IMG/VR virus record: IMGVR_UViG_3300025131_000005
Reading direction: 5' to 3' (one strand)
DNA length: 64,000 nt
Source of the DNA: a virus
Shown: positions 7,470 to 16,862 of the stretch, piece by piece
How positions within the stretch are numbered: position 1 is the stretch's first letter
Layout: each line of letters starts with the position of its first letter
Notes under the pieces: generated by a model
Seen by the model: only the letters and a program-made list of their open reading frames with translations
Databases searched by the model: none
Told to the model about the DNA's origin: nothing
Translations under genes and position numbers: made by a program

Positions 7470-9475
7470 ATCTCATTAAATATTTCCATTAAATTGTTAT
7501 ACATATCAGTCGGATTGCTAGTGAGCATATAATTCTTTCCATTTCCTGCATCCGATAAATCGGTCCATGATTGTATTGTATTTTTTGAAAACGTGTATAG
7601 TTTAAGTTGGGGGGTGCCGCCAATTGCGGTGATAACATCTTGCTCAGTTAACTGAGGCACTAAGTAACTCTGAGGGGGTTCATCACTAAAAACGATTACA
7701 ATACGATCAGCTCCTGCGCGCCAACTAACTTTAAAATCTTGTAAAGGAGGTATTGATTCTTTAACTCCCCATGGTTGAGTACTGTATACTCCGCTTTCTC
7801 CTTTCCATACCATATCACTAATATTATAGTTAATAGTGGCGCTAATATTACGAAGCGATAAGTATACAGCGTCTAGAATCATCTCATAAGAAGTTTGCAT
7901 CGCTGCCCAATTGGTACCTAACTGTCCCATAGAAGTAAGGAATTCAGTAAACCCGACCAGATTTTGGTGCAATTCTAAACGTTCATCTTGAGATCCGAAT
8001 GTTTCGAAAACATCCAATGGTCCACGAATTAAAGCCCAATTAATAACTTCTTCATCGCTAAAATTAGCAGCAAATTGATTTAACGCTATCATAACGGCGT
8101 CGATTTCATCAGCCATTGAACCGGACCAATCTACAATGAAAAGAATATCTGTATCGGGTATTTCTTCACCCCAATCCGTTTCACCGTCACAATCATCGTC
8201 TAGACCGTTGCAAAGTTCTTCTTGAGGAGTTACTTCTTCTTTACAATAATAAGGAATAAAAGCGCCTTCTTCAGAATCATTACCCCAAATACCTTTATCA
8301 CAATACATTTCTCCAGGTTTGCATTCTCCGGCGTATAAGGTCCCTTCGGGTCCTGTATAACATCCAGAAAACAAATCTTCATCAATTAGTTGATTGCAGT
8401 TATCATCAAAATTATTACACTCTTCCTTTTCTAGTTCCATTCCTATGAGCGGATCACATACAGTTTGAGGATTCGGGGGGAAATGATGACAAATAGCATA
8501 GCAGGGAGTTGTTATAATTGTTTTGCATTCAGGATCTAAACATTCGCAAGTTTTATATCCTTGACCACATAGGAGAGGCGATTCTTGACATGGAAATAGA
8601 GATCCTACATCTTGTATAGTACAAATACATTCAAGACCTTCGTCGACTTGTCCATTGCAGTTATTATCTAGTCCATCGCAAATTTCATCTAATTCTGGTG
8701 GGGCCGTACAAGATATCCAATTACCACTTTCACATATTTCTACCCCATTTCCACAAGCAGTAGCACATGGTTGAAAAAGCTCTTCATCTGTTAATCCATC
8801 GCAATCATCATCATAAGCGTTGCACTCTTCTGAGGGGATGGTTCCGCATTCATTACAATCATTTAATTGTTCTTCATCTGTAAATCCATCGCAGTCATCA
8901 TCAAGTTCGTTACAGGTTTCTTCTGGGATTTCTTCACAATCATTACAAGCATTTAAAACACCTTCATCTATTTCACCATCGCAGTCATTGTCAATATAAT
9001 CGCAAGTTTCTTCTACACAATCTGTAATACAATCTGTATATTGAATTTTTCCTTTATTACAAACTTTTTCTACAACGCCAGCGTATCCATCATCAGTTGT
9101 GCATTCTAAAAAGTCAATATGATATTGTGATGGGTCACATTCCATATATTCTTCACATTCACCTTCGGAATGCAATGTGGGGGGATTATCACACATGTTT
9201 AAACAAATTTCTTTTTGCCATATAGCATCTAGAGGTGGACAAAAATACCATTTGCACTCGACACATTCTTCAAGAGGAGGAGAAATATCTTCTTCTACCC
9301 ATGGAGTCCAACGTACTGCATCATCAGAAAAAATATCTTCTTGTTCGGTGTAGGTATTTTCGTCAGAAAAAAAAGATCCATCGCTGCCGGAGGTATTAGA
9401 ACAATTAACAGCCGATGCGCCGATAAAAATTATCAACAGTGTCAGTCGCGTGATTGTTTTAATATTGTTTTTCAT
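7460..9475 (-). CDS. Putative lipoprotein with Cys/Asp 'CDGxDNDCDGxxDE' repeats and C-terminal vWA domain
   Basis: Signal ending AVNC; six repeats such as CDYIDNDCDGEIDEG and CDGLDNNCNGQVDEG; MIDAS motif IVDWSGSM; VFSDE. Confidence 0.8.
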   Translation of the reverse strand: MKNNIKTITRLTLLIIFIGASAVNCSNTSGSDGSFFSDENTYTEQEDIFSDDAVRWTPWVEEDISPPLEECVECKWYFCPPLDAIWQKEICLNMCDNPPTLHSEGECEEYMECDPSQYHIDFLECTTDDGYAGVVEKVCNKGKIQYTDCITDCVEETCDYIDNDCDGEIDEGVLNACNDCEEIPEETCNELDDDCDGFTDEEQLNDCNECGTIPSEECNAYDDDCDGLTDEELFQPCATACGNGVEICESGNWISCTAPPELDEICDGLDNNCNGQVDEGLECICTIQDVGSLFPCQESPLLCGQGYKTCECLDPECKTIITTPCYAICHHFPPNPQTVCDPLIGMELEKEECNNFDDNCNQLIDEDLFSGCYTGPEGTLYAGECKPGEMYCDKGIWGNDSEEGAFIPYYCKEEVTPQEELCNGLDDDCDGETDWGEEIPDTDILFIVDWSGSMADEIDAVMIALNQFAANFSDEEVINWALIRGPLDVFETFGSQDERLELHQNLVGFTEFLTSMGQLGTNWAAMQTSYEMILDAVYLSLRNISATINYNISDMVWKGESGVYSTQPWGVKESIPPLQDFKVSWRAGADRIVIVFSDEPPQSYLVPQLTEQDVITAIGGTPQLKLYTFSKNTIQSWTDLSDAGNGKNYMLTSNPTDMYNNLMEIFNEICK

Positions 9476-9505
9476 TCTTGTTTATTAAAGAAAGTTCCCA
9501 CAATA

Positions 9506-9515
9506 TAACTAGTTA
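9506..9515. promoter_or_regulatory. Palindromic TAACTAGTTA between divergent transcription units
   Basis: Perfect palindrome reading ACTAGTTA on both strands, at the minus/plus strand switch. Confidence 0.4.
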
Positions 9516-9553
9516 AAAACCTACACTATATATATTATAATATTTAACTGTCA

Positions 9554-9844
9554 TTGGAGTACAAAACTACTTATTATATTATGAGCACAAAAAGATGTGA
9601 TTTGTCAAGGAAAAACATGTGTTACTTGACTTTTATTCTCTCAATCGTATTTTTTATTACGTCGATGGTGTTTTTTGTTTCTGTTGGTGGTGTTGCCTCG
9701 AAAGAAAAACTCATTAATCATGATAAAATTCATCATGCGCAGCAACGAAAAATAATTGATAAACTCAAGCTTCTTGAAAATAAAGTTCATAAAAATAAAA
9801 ATAAATTAAATAGATTAAAGAAAAGAAGAAAGGATAATAATTGA
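9554..9844 (+). CDS. Small membrane protein (one TM helix plus basic coiled coil)
   Basis: YLTFILSIVFFITSMVFFVSVG hydrophobic segment. Confidence 0.55.
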   Translation: MEYKTTYYIMSTKRCDLSRKNMCYLTFILSIVFFITSMVFFVSVGGVASKEKLINHDKIHHAQQRKIIDKLKLLENKVHKNKNKLNRLKKRRKDNN

Positions 9845-10089
9845 TGTCGACCGGTGAAGCCAAAATATCTCTTAGCAGTTTAAGAGATTATATTTTATTA
9901 GGCGTTGCTATAGTGAGCGCCATTGCTGGGATTATTTTTTGGGTGCAGGGCTCTAATGATGAAAAAATATCCAGATTGGAACACGATATTGAATTAGTCC
10001 AATTGGATATCGATAAAATAAGAGAAAATAATACCGAAATACTAAGAGTTATAGGACGTCTTGAAGGCAAGCTGGATAATTTAAAATGA
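9841..10089 (+). CDS. Small membrane protein (TM plus coiled coil; holin-like architecture possible)
   Basis: YILLGVAIVSAIAGIIFWV, then heptad LEHDIELVQLDIDKI; TGATG overlap. Confidence 0.6.
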   Translation: MMSTGEAKISLSSLRDYILLGVAIVSAIAGIIFWVQGSNDEKISRLEHDIELVQLDIDKIRENNTEILRVIGRLEGKLDNLK

Positions 10090-11072
10090 TTAAAAATCTT
10101 TGGGAAGAATATGTCCGAGAAAACGAGATTGATTTACAATCTTTAATACCAAAGGATAATTTACAACCAAGTTTTTGGAATAATAAATTAGAACTTAAAA
10201 AATCTATAGCTGATAAATTAATGGAAATTGCTAAAGATTTTCTTGAATCTATTAATTTAGATACGGAAATCGAACTTAAAGATGTAACCATAACAGGCTC
10301 AATAGCTAGCTATAATTGGTCAAAATATTCTGATGTAGATCTTCATTTAATAATTGATTATAAAGATGTAGATGAAAATGAAGATTTGGTAAAAGAATAT
10401 TTTTCTGGAAAGATATTTGTGTGGAATACTAAACATGAAATCATGATGAACGATCATGAAGTCGAAGTATACGTACAAAATGAATCAGAGACGCATGTTT
10501 CTGGCGGCGTCTATTCAGTGATGCATAATAAATGGTTACAAAAACCAAAGAAGGAAGATGTTATAATAAATCTTGCAGTGGTAGAAAAAAAAGTACTTGG
10601 ATTAATCGATCATATCGAAAGATCTTTTGATTTATTTGAGCAAAAAAAATATCATCCCGCAATGGTTACTGCCAAAAGTATAAAAGAAAAAATTAAACTC
10701 TTAAGACGCTCTGGGTTATCTAAAGAAGGCATATATTCAATTGAAAATCTAGCTTTTAAGTTACTTCGAAGATCAGGGCATTTAAAACTTATTAATGATA
10801 TTATCACTAAGTCATATGATAGAGTTATGTCTTTACATAAAGATTTGCGAGGATCTTTGAAAGTTTTTATTGGAAGTACTGAGTCTGAGGCTAATGAATC
10901 TTATGATGCTCTTTTAGAAGAAGAAGGATATCAACGTCGGGTAAAACAGAGACATTATCTTATGAAAAAGAAATTAATTGGTCTTGGAGGAGAGAAAAAT
11001 ACCTCCCCTTATGTAAAGAAACCTAGTTATAAGAGATCAAAATCTGCTCCTGCTGGATTGGGGGGAAGTTAA
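10086..11072 (+). CDS. Pol-beta-superfamily nucleotidyltransferase
   Basis: TGSIASYNWSKYSDVDLHL (GS...DxD) plus EVEVYV; leader-like MIKNLWEEYVRE. Confidence 0.75.
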   Translation: MIKNLWEEYVRENEIDLQSLIPKDNLQPSFWNNKLELKKSIADKLMEIAKDFLESINLDTEIELKDVTITGSIASYNWSKYSDVDLHLIIDYKDVDENEDLVKEYFSGKIFVWNTKHEIMMNDHEVEVYVQNESETHVSGGVYSVMHNKWLQKPKKEDVIINLAVVEKKVLGLIDHIERSFDLFEQKKYHPAMVTAKSIKEKIKLLRRSGLSKEGIYSIENLAFKLLRRSGHLKLINDIITKSYDRVMSLHKDLRGSLKVFIGSTESEANESYDALLEEEGYQRRVKQRHYLMKKKLIGLGGEKNTSPYVKKPSYKRSKSAPAGLGGS

Positions 11073-13960
11073 TGAAATTAAAAGTTATATTAAAAGAAAA
11101 AAAGAACTTAAACGAAGTTGATACGGCCAAAGTAGCAGAATTAAGAAGAAGGATGAATAAGCCATCAGCTATTGAAAGAGAATTAGAAGTAGCATTTAAA
11201 AAAGCAGAAAAAAGTCCGCAAGAATTCTTTAATGTAATGCAACAAGTGATACAAAGAACAAAAAAGGATTTACAAAAATTAGCCAGTATATTTCCCACAA
11301 TGCCGCGTTTTTTAGAAACTATTAATAAAATTACAATTGGGGCAGCCGAAGACGCAGAAGATATAGAAGATTTTGGTGATGATATAGAAGACGCGCTTAG
11401 AAGTGATGAAAAAGAATCCGGAGAAGAAGAAGACGCGTTCGATAATATTGAATTAGAGGAAGCAGAAAAAGATATAGATTATGAAAAACTTTTCCAATTT
11501 GTAAAATCTCGGGAAGACGACGAAGAGAAAAGCAAAAAGTTGGGAAAAGTATTAGATACTCTTAATTTTTCCAGTATTGCCAAATTAATAGGAAATACAC
11601 CTTTTGAAGATCTTATTAAAAGTTATCAAAAGGATTTAGCAGAAGGATTAAAAGCAATTGCTAAAAAAGGCACAGATCCTGTAAATTATTTTATTAATAA
11701 TCCACAATTAGCCATGGATCTTCGAGGTGTCTATCAAATTATTAATCTATCTTTTGAATTTTCAAAAGTGATATTAAAAGTTCGCTCTAGAATGGCTGGT
11801 TTATATAAAAAAGGACGCGAAGATCCCGAATCTATAATTAATGCAATTGAAAAAAATCCAGATATTTTATTAAATAATTTTAAAGAAGAATTTAAGCATT
11901 TGAAAATATCTCCCATGTTAGCTAAGGGACAACAAACGTTTAATAACTTTTTTATAGGTCAAATATTCCAAGCTAGCGACGTTGCAACGGGTGGTGGATA
12001 TGCTAAGCAAGTAGCTGCTGTAGGAAGAGCTGGTAGTCGGTTAGATCGTCTTAAAAAAGCGGGAGCAGTTCGAGAAGAGGTATTAGGAGAACAAGATGCA
12101 GATGTCGATGCTGCAATGAAGGACCTACAATCAGATCCTCTTACACAAACGTTTGATGAATATGAAAAACAGGCTAAGGCCGAACTTAAATCTGCAGCAT
12201 CGAAAGAAAAAATAGATGAATTAACTGAATTAGCTAATAAGATTGTGACTGCTTTCGCTTCAAAACATAGGATGAGAGATGCACAGCATCGAGATTTTAA
12301 AGTAAAATTTATAAATTTAATTAATAATAATTTTGATAAAGCTGCTGGACAGTTAGAACGTATAATGGATTTCTTTAAAGAAGATATTGATAATATACTG
12401 GATGGTGCGATCGAGCCTCAAATTAAACGATGGATAAAATTAAGGCAAAGAGTCAAAAAAGCAAATATATCTCCGGAAAGGGCTGCAGCCTATATTGAGG
12501 AACTTAATAATACGATTAAATATTTAAATAAATTAAGAAAAGACTACGGTTTAAAACATTTGGATACTATTAATAAAAATCCTGCTAACTATGCTGAATT
12601 TCTAGAAGATGTTGAAGCTGCATTATCTAAAGAATTTCCTAATATAGAAAAACAATTAGGCGCAAAATTCAAAAGCATTAAACAGGGAAATGGTGCACCA
12701 GGCGAAGATAAAAAAGAAGATGAAAAAGAAAAAGAACCTGGGGATCCCAATTCTCTAAAGAATTTAAGTACTGGAAAAATTAACGTTGCGCTTAACCAAC
12801 TTAGAAATAAAGGACTAGGCGCAGATCAAATAACTAAACAAATAAATAATATAGCAAATGATATTAGTAAAAATGCAGGCCCCCAAAGAGATAATTTTAT
12901 AAATAAAGATTTACCAGTTATTAATAAAATTAAAGATGAAATAAGTAAAATACTTAAGGGAGATTTTACTAATTTAGTTAAAGAATCTAATAACTTAGTT
13001 TATATACATCCTATAACTTATGATTTACTTAAAAGATTAAGTATTAAATTTAAATCTAAAATAGATTATAATATTAAAGCTTTAAATGAAAATACATTAA
13101 ATATTAATAAATATAATTTGATTGTATCACAAATTTCTAATTTAGTAAAGAGCTATTCTGAAAAAGATAAAAAGAAACTTTTAAACTTTAATGAAAACAA
13201 ATACTTACAAGTCAACTCAAAATTAAGTCCGGAAGCGATTCGAGTAATAATCGATGCGTTTCATAGCTCCAAAGACACAATAGTACCATTAAAAGAAGAA
13301 TGTGTCATTAAAAATCACTCAGATAGAGACATGTCTCATTTAGAAGATATATTAACTCAGTTTTATCCATATGCCAAAAAAAAACTTGACTTTGAAGAAC
13401 CTGTAAATATTAATTTAGTTTCAGATGCAGAAAATTCTAAAGATCCATTTGGAAAAACTGCTTATTATAATCCAGAAGCAATGGAAATTTCTATATTTGT
13501 AGATGAAAGACATCCCAAAGATATGTTAAGATCAATTGCACACGAATTGGTGCATCATGCACAAAATTGTCGAGGCGAATTTGATAACGTCGGTAGTACA
13601 GAACCGGGTTATGCTCAAAAAGATTCTCATTTGAGAAATTTGGAAGGAGAAGCTTATTTATTAGGAAATGGATTTTTGGTTAGAGATTACGAGGATTTAC
13701 TTAAACTTAATTCAAAGGAGAAAAAAGAAGTGAAGAAATTAACTAAAGAAAGATTAGAAGCTGTCTTAACAAGAGTAGTTTCAGAAATTGTTGCAGAAGA
13801 AGGAGAAACAACTGTTTACAACAGAGATGAGGATGAAGAGTCCGCTTGTGTTGAAGAAGCAGAAGCTTCTACTCTTACTGAAGATATGGTTGAGGAATTA
13901 TTCAGAGTTCGTAAAGATGCTCTTATAAATGAAGCATTGAAAAAGAAATGGTGTAAGTAA
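11072..13960 (+). CDS. Large mosaic protein with C-terminal zincin-like HExxH domain; probable virion head-associated protein
   Basis: RHPKDMLRSIAHELVHHAQ; several L-x-E motifs; very AT-rich internal block near 12960-13200. Confidence 0.65.
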   Translation: MKLKVILKEKKNLNEVDTAKVAELRRRMNKPSAIERELEVAFKKAEKSPQEFFNVMQQVIQRTKKDLQKLASIFPTMPRFLETINKITIGAAEDAEDIEDFGDDIEDALRSDEKESGEEEDAFDNIELEEAEKDIDYEKLFQFVKSREDDEEKSKKLGKVLDTLNFSSIAKLIGNTPFEDLIKSYQKDLAEGLKAIAKKGTDPVNYFINNPQLAMDLRGVYQIINLSFEFSKVILKVRSRMAGLYKKGREDPESIINAIEKNPDILLNNFKEEFKHLKISPMLAKGQQTFNNFFIGQIFQASDVATGGGYAKQVAAVGRAGSRLDRLKKAGAVREEVLGEQDADVDAAMKDLQSDPLTQTFDEYEKQAKAELKSAASKEKIDELTELANKIVTAFASKHRMRDAQHRDFKVKFINLINNNFDKAAGQLERIMDFFKEDIDNILDGAIEPQIKRWIKLRQRVKKANISPERAAAYIEELNNTIKYLNKLRKDYGLKHLDTINKNPANYAEFLEDVEAALSKEFPNIEKQLGAKFKSIKQGNGAPGEDKKEDEKEKEPGDPNSLKNLSTGKINVALNQLRNKGLGADQITKQINNIANDISKNAGPQRDNFINKDLPVINKIKDEISKILKGDFTNLVKESNNLVYIHPITYDLLKRLSIKFKSKIDYNIKALNENTLNINKYNLIVSQISNLVKSYSEKDKKKLLNFNENKYLQVNSKLSPEAIRVIIDAFHSSKDTIVPLKEECVIKNHSDRDMSHLEDILTQFYPYAKKKLDFEEPVNINLVSDAENSKDPFGKTAYYNPEAMEISIFVDERHPKDMLRSIAHELVHHAQNCRGEFDNVGSTEPGYAQKDSHLRNLEGEAYLLGNGFLVRDYEDLLKLNSKEKKEVKKLTKERLEAVLTRVVSEIVAEEGETTVYNRDEDEESACVEEAEASTLTEDMVEELFRVRKDALINEALKKKWCK

Positions 13961-13971
13961 GGAGTTAAATT

Positions 13972-16860
13972 ATGGGTGGTTTTTATGGACATATGTCACA
14001 CTTGTACGATAATCCAAATCTGAAATTCTCCCAGATGATGGATATCTTTAAAAAAGCTGCCGATGGAGAACTAGAAGGCACCGAGAAAACTGATGGTCAA
14101 AATTTATATGTAGCTTATAATACCGCAGAAGGCAAAGCAAAGGCAGTCCGCAATAAGTCTAATATATCCGGCTATTATCGTGAAAAAAACGAAGAAACCG
14201 GTAAAACAGAACTGGTTAAAAAACACGAACCAGGAGGAATGGATGCAGCTGCTATAGCGAAAACGTTTGCAAAACGAGGATCCGTTGAGAAAGCTTTTGT
14301 GGAAGCATTTGAATCGTTCGAAGCAATTGCGCGATCTTTCCCAAAAGAAAAACAAACACAGATATTTGGCGATGGAGTTAATTCAATTGTATTCTATAGT
14401 GCTGAGATCCAGGATCCTAAGAACCCTAATGTAGTTAATTATGATTCGAGAGTATTCAATATTCACAGAGTTGAACCAGCTGTTGTTGATATAAAAACTG
14501 GAAAAGCTTTGGAAGATAGTGATATCAAAGGTAACGTACAAGAATTAGGAAAAGTATTAAATCAAGTTCAAAAAATGACCGGTGATCAAAAATTTAAAGT
14601 TCAGGTTAATGCTATTAGGCAGCTTGAAGGACTTTCTGATGGTGATCAATTAGACAGATACTTGGAGCGCTTAAACAATGTTATTAGCGATGCTGGTATA
14701 TCTGATGAACAAACAGTAGGTGAATATTTAATTGCTCGTTTATTGCCAATGATTAGTAATCAAGTTTCTTTGACACCAGAAAAAGAAGACTTGATTATTA
14801 AAAAGATGCTTGGAGTCAAAGGAATCAACATAAGAGAGATTAAAAAAGATTTAAATCCAACACAAGTAGAGACAATTAATATGCTTTTAGGCAATTCAAA
14901 AGCTTTAGTTCAAAATGCCATTCAGCCACTGGAGGACATAGTACACGATTTTTCAGTAGAAATGATCAAGAATCTAGAATCAGTTTTTGTTTTAGACAGA
15001 GGAAAGGAAGTAGCGCGCTTAAGAAAAGAACTTAGAACGGCAAAACTAGCAATAGAAAAATCCGGTCATGATGCCGCGATAGAAATATTAAAAAAACAAA
15101 TGGGGAAAATTAAAGATATAGAAAAAAATATTTCTACTGCCGCTGAAGGATTTGTTTTTGACTACGACGGACACACTTATAAACTTACTGGTAATTTTGC
15201 TCCAATGAATCAACTATTGGGCTTATTTAAGTATGGTAGAGGTAAAATCCCAGCAATGCAAAAGCTTTCGGAAGAGCTAGAAGATTCCATTGCATTAGTA
15301 CCTGGAGGTTTCAAACCCCCTCATGCTGGGCACTATCAACTAGCAGCTTGGGCCGGCAACCATCCAGGAGTCGACAAGGCAATTGTTCTTGTATCGCCAA
15401 AACCACGTGGTATAATTGGTCCGGAACAATCTAAACAAATTTGGGAAATCTATAGAGATAGGTTAGGTGGGAATTTTGATGTTCAAATTAGTGGTGAGAA
15501 TTCACCCGTAGGCGCAACTTATGAATTTGTCGACAATGACGCTCAGCCTGGACAGACTATCTATGTTATCAAAGGGGAAAAAGATCGTGGCGATGAAAGA
15601 TTTAAAGCCATGAGTGGAAGAAAAGAAGGTGTCGAGGTTAAAGAATTAGTATCTCCATCATTTGCAGGAGGCATAAGTGGGACTGTAATGAGAGATGAGT
15701 TTATTAAAAAAGGAAACAAAGAAGGTTTTCAAGCAGCATTGCCAAAAGATTTACCTCAAGAAGATAAAGATAAGATTTGGGATATTGTCTCCATTAAAGA
15801 AAGAGAAGAGACATTGAATGAAGGCGAGGAGGTAAAGAGCTTGCCGCTCGGTATATTTCTTGGGATAATCGAAGAAGTGGTTAGAGAAATGACTTCTGAA
15901 ACAGAAGAAGAACTATTTACTGAAGAAGAGTTAGAAGAAATTTCATCAATGGCTGGAGGATCTGTTACTGGCTATTCATTGCCATTAGGAGCTAAACCTC
16001 CTCACGGTAAGAAAAAGAAAAAAAGGACATATGAACAAATGGATCGTATTAAAGTTTATGAAGAAATTAAATTAAGAAACTTAATTCGCGAAGGAATTCA
16101 AAAGGTTTCACAAAAAATTGAAAAAGAAAAAGAACAAAATCTTGTAGAAGAAAAGAGGCTTAGGACTGTAATTCGAAAACTTATTCTTTCAGAAGGGACA
16201 ACAACTGGAGATAGCGACCCTGCTCCTCATGAATCAACCGGTATTAACTTTTTAGAAGATTTACTTAAGCAGATTATTCCTGTATTAGAACAATCGTATA
16301 AAAGACTCACTACTTCAAAGGATCAGAGAATATCTTTTCGTGAACATATCTTGAAGGCTATTGAGGATACGATTGTTCCATTGCAAGTAACTGATCAAGT
16401 TAACTTGCAAGAACAATTCGAAGAGGAAGAAGATATCACCGTAAGTGTAGAAGACGATCCGGATTTTATTGATATTCGTTCTGATAAAGAAGTAGAAAAT
16501 GATGAGAAAGAAGCGAATGGAGAACCTTTATCTGGCGAAGAAGAAATAGAGCAATTTGCAATTGAAGGAGAGGATGAAGTAGGAAGAAGTTCTGCTTTTG
16601 AGACGTTTAAGTCGATTTCGAAACAAATTGTTAATTTTTATGAAGAACTTTCTGGAAGCCCTGAAGATCAAAAGCTTTTTTATGAATATTTGTTGACAAA
16701 TCTAAAACTTTATTTTGATAAATTTGAAAATGACATGTCCTCAGTAGAGGAACCAAAGAGTCCTGATTATGGAAGCAGCCAATTGGATACAGGTGGTGAA
16801 GAAATAACCCCTTCTTCGGAAACAATGGGGCAAGAACAAGAATTAGGTTTAGGAGCTTAA
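13972..16860 (+). CDS. Fusion of ligase-like covalent nucleotidyltransferase, HxGH (cytidylyltransferase-like) domain and acidic C-terminal region
   Basis: Motif I EKTDG, III SAEI, IV AEGFVF, V YKLTG; second domain LVPGGFKPPHAGH ... ISGTVMR. Confidence 0.75.
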   Translation: MGGFYGHMSHLYDNPNLKFSQMMDIFKKAADGELEGTEKTDGQNLYVAYNTAEGKAKAVRNKSNISGYYREKNEETGKTELVKKHEPGGMDAAAIAKTFAKRGSVEKAFVEAFESFEAIARSFPKEKQTQIFGDGVNSIVFYSAEIQDPKNPNVVNYDSRVFNIHRVEPAVVDIKTGKALEDSDIKGNVQELGKVLNQVQKMTGDQKFKVQVNAIRQLEGLSDGDQLDRYLERLNNVISDAGISDEQTVGEYLIARLLPMISNQVSLTPEKEDLIIKKMLGVKGINIREIKKDLNPTQVETINMLLGNSKALVQNAIQPLEDIVHDFSVEMIKNLESVFVLDRGKEVARLRKELRTAKLAIEKSGHDAAIEILKKQMGKIKDIEKNISTAAEGFVFDYDGHTYKLTGNFAPMNQLLGLFKYGRGKIPAMQKLSEELEDSIALVPGGFKPPHAGHYQLAAWAGNHPGVDKAIVLVSPKPRGIIGPEQSKQIWEIYRDRLGGNFDVQISGENSPVGATYEFVDNDAQPGQTIYVIKGEKDRGDERFKAMSGRKEGVEVKELVSPSFAGGISGTVMRDEFIKKGNKEGFQAALPKDLPQEDKDKIWDIVSIKEREETLNEGEEVKSLPLGIFLGIIEEVVREMTSETEEELFTEEELEEISSMAGGSVTGYSLPLGAKPPHGKKKKKRTYEQMDRIKVYEEIKLRNLIREGIQKVSQKIEKEKEQNLVEEKRLRTVIRKLILSEGTTTGDSDPAPHESTGINFLEDLLKQIIPVLEQSYKRLTTSKDQRISFREHILKAIEDTIVPLQVTDQVNLQEQFEEEEDITVSVEDDPDFIDIRSDKEVENDEKEANGEPLSGEEEIEQFAIEGEDEVGRSSAFETFKSISKQIVNFYEELSGSPEDQKLFYEYLLTNLKLYFDKFENDMSSVEEPKSPDYGSSQLDTGGEEITPSSETMGQEQELGLGA

Positions 16861-16862
16861 AA

